Assembly (NCBI GenBank): GCA_033442325.1
Contig: JAWQFM010000012.1
Coordinates: 1,008,949 to 1,072,948 of the forward strand
Reading direction: 5' to 3'
DNA: 64,000 nt
Source of the DNA: Salpingoeca rosetta
Lineage: Eukaryota; Protista; Choanoflagellata
Shown: in pieces, positions 53,492-64,000 of the stretch
Position numbering within the stretch: position 1 is the first letter of the stretch
How the letters are laid out: the number at the start of each line of letters is the position of its first letter
Program-made: the position numbers and the translations under genes
Notes under the pieces: generated by a model
Told to the model about the DNA's origin: nothing
What the model saw: only the letters and a program-made list of their open reading frames with translations
The model's database searches: none

Positions 53492-54193
53492 CGTGAGATC
53501 AATGGAACGGGATTGATGCAAGCGTTACAGTTACATTTGTATTTGCTCACTGGATATTTGACCGCCGTTGATTTATTGGGGATTACTTGGCCTGTAGTCG
53601 TCTTCACAACAATGTAACCGAACCCATACCAGCCAGAGCCAAGAAAAAAGGAAGCAAGCAAGCAAAGCAAGCAAGGACAACGATCAACATGCGTCATGCA
53701 TTCACACACACATTCACATTCACACACACACACACATTCACATTCACACACACACACACACACTCGCACTCGCACTCGCACTCGCACACGGCGTCAAAAT
53801 CCAAACAAACCCAAAAGGCGAGCGCGCCCACCATCAGCAGCAAAACGCGTGTTGACTTTTCACGAATACCTTTCCATAATTATCTCCACTTCTGCCTCCA
53901 CCACCACCGCAAACAAACCACGCCAATCCCCACAGCACATCGTCCCTTTGTCACCCACCTTGTTTCGATCAAGTGCTCACGAGGTACGGGTGTGTCCCGT
54001 CTTCTCACAGCTTCTCTTGGCTTGGCTTGCTGTGGCTGATCAAGCAGCCAGCACAACACAGCAAAGACACACGTGCAACGAGACACACTGCTGCTTTGTG
54101 CTGTGCTTCACACAACAGCAAACAAACCACAAACGCATACACACAAACCACACAAACCACACACACACACACAAGCGCTTCAACGAGCACATC

Positions 54194-57100
54194 ATGGTGC
54201 TGTTTGCGTGGCGTGTAGACATGCCACGCCGCTGCGGCCATACCCCCAGCACCAGCAACAACAACAGCACCAGCAACAGCAGCAAACCAAGAGCAAGGAC
54301 ACCAGTGGCGCTGGCGCTGTTGGTGTTGCTTGGGCTGCTTTGTACGCTGGGTGCTGCACAAGATACAACCACAACCTACTGCTTGGACGACACCGTGCTC
54401 GGCGCATGCGATGGCTTGGCGACAACCACCACCAACTCCACCGACTGCAGTCAAAGCACTTTGTGCTCGTGTGTAAACGACGCCCTTGTGCCCGAGGAAG
54501 GCCCGCCGTGCATCTGCTCTGAGGAGCACTACGAAGACAGTAGCCAGTGCTTGCCGTGCACCTCAGAGTGTTCCACGGACCAGTTTGAGTCCCAGGCATG
54601 CACGCCAACCCAGAACCGCCAGTGCCAAACGTGCACCGCCTCCTGCACCGAGGGCAAGTACCTTACCCCCTGCATGGCCACCGCTGATGCCCAGTGCGTG
54701 GATTGCACCATCTGTGATACCGATCAGTACGAGATTACGGCGTGCACCACGAACAGCAACCGCGAGTGCACCACCTGCACAGTCTGCAGCAGCAACCAGT
54801 ACCAGGTTGCCGATTGCAGCGACTCCGCCGATCGCATGTGTGCAAGCTGTACCACCTGCACTGGTGACACATATGCGTCCACGCCTTGCTCCGAAGAGGT
54901 GGACACAGTGTGCTCCGACTGCTCGACGTGCACCGACACGCAGTTTCTCACGGCCGAGTGCACCCCGACCTCCAACACCATGTGCGAGGACTGCAGCACC
55001 TGCGATGAGGACCAGTTTGTCACGGCCAACTGCACGGATACAGAGGACACACAGTGTCAGGCGTGCACCACGTGTGACCCAACGGAGTACCAGAGCGTGG
55101 CGTGCTCGGCGTTTGCGGACAGCGAGTGTCTCCCCTGCACAACGTGCGAGGACACCGAGTATGTGCAACAGCCCTGCACAGATGTCACAGACACGGTGTG
55201 TATGGCCTGCTCCGTGTGTGATGCGCCCGAACAGTTCACCGCCACCAACTGCACGACATCAGCGGATACTATGTGTAGCGACTGCGCCACGTGTGGTGCC
55301 ACGCAGTTTGAGACGACCGCGTGCACGCAGTGGAGCAACCGCGAGTGCCAGGACTGCCTCGAGTGCAACCCTGGCGAGTACCAGACCCGCAACTGCACGG
55401 AGACGGCGGACAGGGAGTGCGCACTGTGCTCCCAGTGTGACAACGATGAGTACATCAGCGTGGCCTGTGGCGTGACAACGGACACCGTGTGCGCCGATTG
55501 CGCCGTTTGCCGCAGCGACCAGTATGAGACCAGCCCCTGCACAGAGGTTGCAGATCGCACGTGTGCCAACTGTACCGAGTGCGAGCCAGGCTTCTTCACG
55601 TCGCGCGAGTGCAGTGCAACGCTGGACCGTAACTGCACCGCGTGCCGCACGTGCGCCGATGACGAGTTTGAGACCGTCCCCTGCACTGCAAGCAGCAACC
55701 GCGAGTGCCAGGCGTGCAGCACCTGCGACCCGACGCAGTACATTCTGCACGCGTGCAATGCGACCGCCAACACGGTGTGCGACGTGTGCTTGACGTGCGA
55801 ACCGGGCACGTATGCAACCGGTGGGTGTGATGGCGTCAACCAGCGCACGTGCGGACCGTGCACGCAGTGTGACTTTGACAACGAGTATGAAACGCACGCG
55901 TGCGAGCCGCTTGCAGACCGCGTGTGCACCAACCTGACCGTGTGCGATTACGACGCCATGTTCATGTCTGTGATGCCCACGGCCACCACCGACCGCGAGT
56001 GCACAGCGCTCACCGTGTGCGACACGGCCACGCAGTACGAATCGACACCCAAGACGGTGACGAGCGACCGCATCTGCTCCCCCATCAGCAGCTGCGACGC
56101 CGGCGAGTTTGAGACCCGCGCGCCAACGCCAACAACGGACCGCGTGTGCGCGCTCTGTCCTGCGGGCACGGTTGACGACAACGGCGACGGCCTTGGCGAG
56201 TGTGTGCAGTGCCCCGCTGGCGTGTACACCACCAACGGCACAGTTGGGCCCTGCAGCGCCTATCAGTGCCCGGTGGCGACGGCCGATCTGGACATGAACC
56301 CGGCAACCGCGTGCGACGACTGCAACGGTGTCACCAACTACCAGAACGAGGAGGGCAAGACAACGTGCAAGGTGGTGAAGGATTGCCCGCCCGGACAGGA
56401 GGAGAACTCGCCGCCCGCACCCAACGCAGACCGCACGTGCCGCTTCTGCGTTCTCTCGCGCACCTACAAGCCGACAACGGGGCAGGCGCCGTGCATGAAC
56501 ACTACGACGTGCCCGCCTGGCATGGAGGAGACGACCCTGGCCACGCGATCGAGTGATCGCCAGTGCACCATGTGCGCAGACGGCAAAGTGAAGGAGGACC
56601 CTGGCCAGTCCACGTCGTGCGTGCCGCATTACATCTGCCCGGCAGGCCAACGCGTAAGTGCTCCGTGTGTTTCGCTCGTTGTGTTGTTCGTGTTGTTCGT
56701 GTTGTTCGTGTTGTTCGTGTTGTTCGTGTGTGTGTGTGTGTGTCTGTCTGTCTGTCTGACCGACTGTCTGTCTGTCTGTCTGTCTGTGTGTGCGTGATCG
56801 TGTTTGTTCATGTGTCTGTCTCTGTACGCGTCTACCTGCTCGTCCGTTGTTGTGTCTCTGTCCATCTCATCATCTTCCTGTCCCCTCACCATCAATTCCT
56901 CCCTCCCTCCATCCTCTCTGTCTCGTCACCACCTGGACAGGAATCTGCGGCCCCCACAGCGTCCACAGACCGCGTGTGCGAGGATTGTCCTGTCGACTTC
57001 TTCAAGACCAGCCCTGGGCAGGACCCCTGCCTGGAGGTGGACGTGTGTTCGCAGATGGAGTATGAGCTTCGTGCGCCAACTACATCCCAGGACCGGCTGT

Positions 57101-58874
57101 GTGAACCCATCACCGTGTGCACCTCCGAGCAGTGGCAGTCGACGGAGCCAACAGCAACCAGCGACCGCGTGTGCGAAGCGTGCTCAACGTGCCCAGAGGG
57201 TCGCTTAGAGGTGCAGCCGTGCACGCCAACCTCCGACCGCGTGTGCGAGGACTGCTCAGCGTGCACTGAAGGGGTTCAGTTCATTGCACAGGAGTGCGGG
57301 GTTGACGACACGGTGTGCCAGGACTGCCGCACGTGTCTGCCCACGGAGTACGAGACGGCCAGCTGCCAGCTCCGTCGCAACCGCCAGTGTGCTGCGCTCA
57401 CCCGGTGCACGGGCAACGAGTATGAGGAGACGCCACCCACGGCCACCGCAGACCGGGTGTGCCTTGACCTGACCGTGTGCACGTCGCTCCAGTACGAGTC
57501 CCTTGCTGCGACAGACACCTCGGACCGAGAGTGCACGCAGCTGACGCAGTGTGTGCCCGGCCAGTATGTGTCACGCGCGCCAACCTCCACCACAGACCGC
57601 GAGTGCACGGTGTGCGCGGAGGGAACGACGGACCACGATTCCACCGCGTCCACGCCGTGCCAGTCGTGCAGCGCAGGCACGTATGTCCCTGAAGGGTCGG
57701 CGGGCGCCTGCAGTACGTTTGTGTGTCGTGCTGGCACCATTGACGATGATGAAGACGCGTCCACGGCGTGCGTGTCGTGTGTGTCGGGCGTGTCGCACCA
57801 GCCCGACGCAGGCCAGACCGCCTGTGTCCCCGTCACGGTGTGCGCACCTGGGTTTACGGAGAGCATCGCTCCGACTGCAGTGCGTGATCGCGGATGCAGC
57901 GCATGTGCCATGGGCAAGTTCAAGGCAACGCCCGGGTCAGATGCGTGTGAGGACTGGGCTGTGTGCAGCATGAGCACGCAGTACATTGCGCAACACCCCA
58001 CTTCCACGTCGGACCGCGTGTGCGAGGACATTACGGAATGCGACGCCATCACGCAATACGAGACGGTTGAGCCTACGGCCACCACAGACCGCAAGTGCAC
58101 AGCACTCACCACGTGCAGGGCGGACACGGAGTATGAGTCTGTTGCTCCAACGCCAACCACGAACCGCGTCTGCAAGACGCTGCGTGTCTGCTCCGGTGAC
58201 GAGTTTGAGGTACAACGACAAAGATTGTGTGCACATATGTGTGTGCGTGTGTGTGTGCATGTGTGTATGAGCGTGTGGGTGGTGTTTCTGTGTGATGCCA
58301 TGTCGTGTGCGCACGCGTTTGTGTGTTTGTGTGCGAAAGGGGGGGGGGTTCCAACTGTGCCCGTGTGTGATGTACTGCTCGTAAGCTTTCCCACTGTTTT
58401 CGTTTCATCTCACCCATTCCCCTCTGCTTGCGCAGGCCACCGCGCCCACAGCCACGAGCGACCGCGTGTGTCTGCCCGTGCAATCGTGCGACGACGGCTA
58501 CTTTATTGAAGCCGACGCAACCCCAACCTCCGATCGCGTGTGCACGCTGTGGACCGTATGCGATGCAGACGAGTACCAGAGCGTCGCCCCTTCCCTGTGA
58601 GTGCTAGGGGTCTGGCGTGGGGCAAGTGGAGTTACCAGCACGTGGTTTGTCTTGCTGGCAATTCCTACGCCATCATGCTGCTGAGTCTCTGCTTGTCGTT
58701 GTGACTCGCTCACGCCCACCCTAACGCTCGCACCACAATGAAACAAACACACACACAATCAACCAATCAAACACACAAACACACACAAACACACACAATT
58801 AATGAATGCAACACCCCCCCCCCCCTCTCAACACACACACACACACAATTAATGAATGAAACACCCCCCCCCCT

Positions 58875-58928
<54 letters not shown>

Positions 58929-61487
58929 CAAACATGCATACAGGAACCGCGACCGCGAGTGCACGAAGATCAGCGCGTGCGTGGACGGCACGTACGAGAC
59001 GGCATCGCCAACACAGACAACGGACCGACAGTGCGCAGACTGCCGCACGTGTGCAGCGGGCACGTTTGAGTCGCAGGCATGCACCGCGTCAACCAACAGG
59101 GCGTGCACGGCCTGCTCGCCGTGTGCGGAGGGTGATGCGTACGAGATGCAGGCATGCACACCTACAAGCGACCGCGTGTGTAGCCCTTGCTCCATGTGCA
59201 TGGATGGGTTCTTCATCGACGCAACGTGCACTGCACTGGACAACACGGACTGCTCCCGCTGCTCCCGCTGTGCACAGGGCAGCTACCAGACTCAGCCGTG
59301 CGGCGCTGCTGCCGACACGCAGTGCACCACATGTCGCACGTGCACGGCTGGCGTGACGTTTGCCACTGGCGGGTGTGTCAACGAGCTTGACACGGAGTGC
59401 ACGCCCTGCAGCGCGTGTGGCGCAACCGAGTTTGTGTCGCTGGCGTGCACGCCCACGACCGACACGGGCTGCACCGCTTGCAGCGTGTGCCCGATTGGCA
59501 AGCACATTGACCAGGCGTGTGGCGAGACCACCGACACGGTGTGTGCCGAGTGCGGCAACGGCAAGTACCAGGATACGCCCGGCGCCCAGGCATGCAAGGA
59601 CTGCACGTCATGTCAAGCAGGAACGTACATCAAGTCCCCGTGTGGTGTTGCGGTGGATGCCGTGTGCGAGGAGTGTGAGAGCGGCAGGTACCAGGACCAG
59701 TCGGACAAGGCCTCGTGCAAGCGATGCAGCGTGTGTCCCGCAGGCAAGAAGGAAGTGCAGGCGTGCACGGCGTCCTCCAACACGGTGTGCCAGGACTGCG
59801 AAGACGGGTTCTACCAGGACGAGGGGGATCGCGCCACGTGCAAGCGCTGCAGCCGCTGCTCGCCGGACGAGTACGAGGAGCAGGCGTGCACCAGCACGAG
59901 CGACACCGTGTGCGTGGCGTGCACGACGGGGTGCAGCCCGGGCGAGCGCGTCACGGCATCTTGCAGTGACACCGCCGATCTGCAGTGCTCCGTGTGCCCG
60001 ACGGACGAATTCCAGGCATCGGATGACCACCTCGACACGTCATGTCTGACGTGCAGCACCTGTCGCCGCGGTCAGTACGTCACCCGCTCCTGTACTCGCA
60101 CGCTCGACCGCACGTGCGCGAGCTGCGACCCTGGCGCGTACTCTGACGCGGAGAATGCGCAGGAGTGCGCCAAGTGCGGACACGGCACGTACCAGGAGCG
60201 ACCGGGCCAGACATCGTGCACGGAGTGTGTGAGCGGCACGGCGTCGTCCGTGACGGGCGCCACATCGAGTGACGTGTGCGCGCCGTGCGATGTGGGCCAG
60301 TACCAGGACCAGACTGGGCAGTCCGTGTGCAAGCGGTGTCCAACGGGCACGGCAAACGGCATCACGGGGGCAACGTCGCTTGACGACTGCGTGTCATGCT
60401 CGCTTGGCTCGTACCAGGACGAGAGCGGGAAGGGCACGTGCAAGGAGTGCCCTGCTGGCGCATACCAGGACGACATGGGGCAGACCGGATGCAAGCAGTG
60501 CGCACGTGGCAAGTACTCCAACGTCGTTGCGGCCACCACCGTCAACGCGTGTCAGGACTGTCGCCAGGGCTTCTACCAGCCACAAAAGGGCCAGACCTCC
60601 TGCGTACCGTGTGCTGTGGGCCATTTTTCCACAACAACACGCGCCATTTCCGGCAGCGTGTGCCAGGCGTGCGCGGAAGGGTCATACCAGGACCAGGATG
60701 GTTCAAACTCGTGCAAGATGTGCCCACGTGGCACGTTTGGGTCTGTGACTGCAGCCACGTCGGTGGACGATTGCTCCTCGTGCGCGGCAGGCAAGTACCA
60801 GCCAGAGGTTGGACAGACGGCGTGCATCGAGTGTCCACGCGGCACATATACGAATGACATGCGCCAAACCTCGTGCATTCCCTGTGACGAGACGGAGTTC
60901 CAGGACAAGACGGGCCAGGAGGCGTGCAAGCCGTGCATTGCCTGCCTTGATGGCTACACGGATGTTGGTGGCTGCAACCGCACCCACGACCGCATCTGTA
61001 AAGGTGCGTAACACTACTTGTGCCTGTATGTGTGTGTGTGTGTGAGTGAGTGAGTGTGAGTGAGTGTGAGTGTGAGTGTGAGTGTGAGTGTCTGTATGTA
61101 TGTGTGTGTGTGTTTCGCGTGTGTGTGTGTGCGTGTGCGTAAGTGTGTGTGACTGTGAAGCCGCAACAGCCACTGCGTCCTCTGCCTGCTTGCTTTGGAC
61201 TGTTCGTCGCCTTTACATATTCGTTCACGCTCTTCTTGCACTCACAAATTTGCTACGCCTTGCCTGGCCCCTCTCTCCCCCCTCCCCCCCCCTCCACTGC
61301 GTCCAGACATTGATCCCCCCATGATTGTGATTGTGGACAGCAACAACAACGACATTGCGGACATCTACATTGTTGAGGCGACAGATACAGGCGACTACAC
61401 GCCCCTCCAGGCGCGTGCGTTTGACGCAGCAGAGAAGAAGAGCCTGCCAGTCACCATCACGGGCGAGGACAACGTCAACACACGTAA

Positions 61488-61535
<48 letters not shown>

Positions 61536-61613
61536 TCTCTCTCTCCCTCTCTCTCTTTCTGTCTGTCTGTCTCTGTCTCTGTCTCTCTCTCTGTCTCTCT
61601 CTGTCCCTCTCTC

Positions 61614-61651
<38 letters not shown>

Positions 61652-62760
61652 GCTCACTCTCTCTCTCTGTCTCTCTCTCTCTATCTCACCCTCGCTACTC
61701 TCACTCTGGCTGGGTTTGTGTGTGTGTGACGGAGATATCGGTCGCGGGTCTGTTCTCTCTCTGTCTCAGAATCTATGTCTCTGACGCTTCTAACAAAAGG
61801 TGCGCGAACTCACTCTACAAAGTCTGCGATCACACTCACAAGGAAAATGAGGGATGGGGTAAGGGATGGGAAAAAAGAGAAGAAGTTAATGTCCAATGNN
61901 NNNNNNNNNNNNNNNNNNNNNNNNNNNNNNNNNNNNNNNNNNNNNNNNNNNNNNNNNNNNNNNNNNNNNNNNNNNNNNNNNNNNNNNNNNNNNNNNNNTA
62001 TCTCTCTCTCTCTCTCGCTTGTCGCTTTGCGCTCTGCTTCAATGCGTGTGCAAGCGAGAGCCCCGCTTATCCTCCATTGGGCATGCTTTCTCCCACACGC
62101 GAAATGCAACACAGCCTGAGTTGCAGAAACAAAATCATGAAACTCTTCGCAACTAACCCCTCCCCCCCCCCCACACACACACACACCACAACACAGGCCA
62201 ACCTGGGGATTATGTGGTGACGTACACGGCTGTCGACTCGTCTGGGAACGAGGCGAGGATGGACGTGACGGTGCGCGTGGTGGACGCCACCAAGCCGCGC
62301 ATCGAGTTTAACCCGCTGCTGCTTGTTGTGGAGGCGGCAGTCGACAACCCAGACTTCCTTGCGGGCGTGAGCGCGTACGACAAAGTGGACGGGGACCTCA
62401 CATCCAAGGTGCGCACCAACGCGGCCTCTGTTGTGAACCTTCGCAGTCCAGGCGACTACGAGGCTCGCTACTTCCTCGCTGGGCCAGACAGCAGCGGCAA
62501 CTTTGCGCAGGACCAGCTGCGCACCATCCGCGTTGTCGACACCACCAAGCCCGTGCTGGTGCTTGACCCGCCAACCAACCTGACCCACGAGGCAGGCACG
62601 CCCTATGTTGACCCGGGTTACCGCGCCACAGACACGCTTGACGGCGTCCTCACAGGCACCGACCAAGTCCAGATCTCAAACGAGGTAAGCGTGGTCGCAC
62701 CCGCACCCTTGTTTTGTTTCTGGTGGTTTGTGTTTGTACTTGTGTCTGTGCGTTTGAGTT

Positions 62761-62806
<46 letters not shown>

Positions 62807-64000
62807 CGTTTGCCTCTTAATGCTGCTTCTGCCGATGTGATTACACTCGCAATTGCACATGCTCACTCACATTCACACTCTCATGTAATCACACTCACCC
62901 CACAATCTCATTTACTCACCCACATTCACTCCCTCACTCCCCTTCCTTCCTGTCCCTCTCCGCCACTCTTCAGGTGAATGTGTTTGCACGCAACTTTGAG
63001 GTGTTCTTCGTCACGTTTACGGCGACAGATCAGGCGGGTAACACGGTGACTCGAATTCGCACCGTCACTGTGGTCGACACAAAGCCGCCCGTCATCACCA
63101 TCAGCGGCGACAGCGAGGTGTTCACAGAGGCTGCCCTGCCGTACACAGATGACGGCGCAAGTGCCACGGACGTGCGGGATGGCGACATCACGCCCAACGT
63201 CGACAACCCTGTGAACGTGTTCCCCGCATCGGTGCCAAAGATGTTTGCCGTGACGTACGTTGCGCAGGACGCTGCGGGCAACATGGCGACAGCCACTCGC
63301 CAAGTGACCGTCCGCGACACGCTTTCCCCCACGGTGACGCTGCGTGGTGCTAATCCCTTCTACATCGAGGCCGGCGTGGCAAGGAGCGTGCCTGGTGTGC
63401 AGGTGTCTGACCTGTACGACCGTGAGCAGGACATTGCGCTGGTGAGCAACGTCGCCGATGTGAACATCCGGCCTGCCTCCACCCCTGCCGTGTACACGGT
63501 GACCTACACGGCCACAGACCGCTCCGGCAACTCGGCGTCTGTCACGCGCAAAGTGATTGTGGAGGACACGACGGAGCCGTCCATCCTGCTTGAGGGCGCA
63601 AACCCGCTGGAGTGGGAGGGCGGTGTGACGTGGAGAGACCCGGGCCTGAGCGTGGCGTTTGACTCGTTTGACGGTGACGTGAGCGCGAGCACTATCACGG
63701 GCGTGCAAGTGCGCGATCTGGGTGTGCGGCAGGAGGCCCAGTGCTCATTCTCAACGGCAGAGATGTTTGCTGAGCCGCCCGCCCCAACCTCCTACCACTC
63801 CACCCCGCCCAGCGTGCGCTTCGTGGACGTGTTTGCCCCGCCCAACACCGTGTACGACATTGTGTACACTGTGAGCGACCGTGCAGGCAACCAGGCGTCC
63901 CGCACACGCTCTGTCGTCATCCGCGACACCATCCCGCCGCAGGTGTACCTGCGCGGCCGCCGCTCCATGTACATCGAGTACCTCACCCCCGAGATGATGG
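54194..64000 (+). CDS. Giant secreted/surface protein: TNFR-like Cys repeats, GCC2/GCC3 (ephrin-receptor-like) repeats, then DUF5011/HYR-type Ig-like repeats; 3' truncated
   Basis: Signal-like segment VALALLVLLGLLCTLGAA. Exons ~54194-56653, 56941-58209, 58436-58596, 58944-61003, 61307-61483, 62196-62684, 62974->64000. Units CxxCxxC...CTxTxDTxC, CPxGxYQDxxGQxxC and DTTxPxIxLxG...AxDxxDGD. Confidence 0.85.
61899..61998. other. Assembly gap (100 N) in the giant Cys-rich gene
   Basis: N run flanked by (CT)n and low-quality-looking sequence. Exons may be missing. Confidence 1.

Noticed and set aside
55057-60938. Long minus-strand ORFs over the Cys-repeat gene
   Set aside because: Antisense shadows caused by GC-rich codon bias

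Overview
Eukaryotic, intron-rich genomic DNA whose short introns are packed with (CA)n/(GT)n microsatellites. Gene content and intron style suggest a choanoflagellate such as Salpingoeca rosetta (inference, not verified). Most ORFs in the supplied track are microsatellite or antisense artefacts, so I rebuilt the genes by splicing exons by eye. In order: (1) the 3' half of a Ty3/gypsy chromovirus (RT, N-gap, integrase with chromodomain, PPT, 3' LTR); (2) a PIF/Harbinger-like gene pair, with a spliced DDE transposase C-terminal part on + and a convergent spliced Myb/SANT-like gene on -; (3) TAF5 (+); (4) a Fes/Fer-type F-BAR-SH2 tyrosine kinase (-); (5) a multi-cold-shock/OB-fold protein (-); (6) an MGAT4/GT54-like glycosyltransferase (+); (7) an intronless orphan multi-pass membrane protein (-); (8) proteasome alpha-2 (+); (9) CNOT10 (-), with an antisense three-exon RBBP5/Swd1 fragment inside one intron; (10) site-1 protease MBTPS1 (+); (11) the 5' part of a giant secreted/surface protein of TNFR-like and GCC2/3 Cys repeats followed by bacterial-type DUF5011/HYR Ig-like repeats (+, runs off the window). 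There are two assembly gaps (1119-1539, 61899-61998). Best leads: the possibly domesticated Harbinger pair head-to-head with TAF5, the RBBP5 fragment nested between inverted microsatellites, introns with complementary (GT)n/(AC)n arms, and the multi-CSD protein. I cannot demonstrate a new system from sequence alone.
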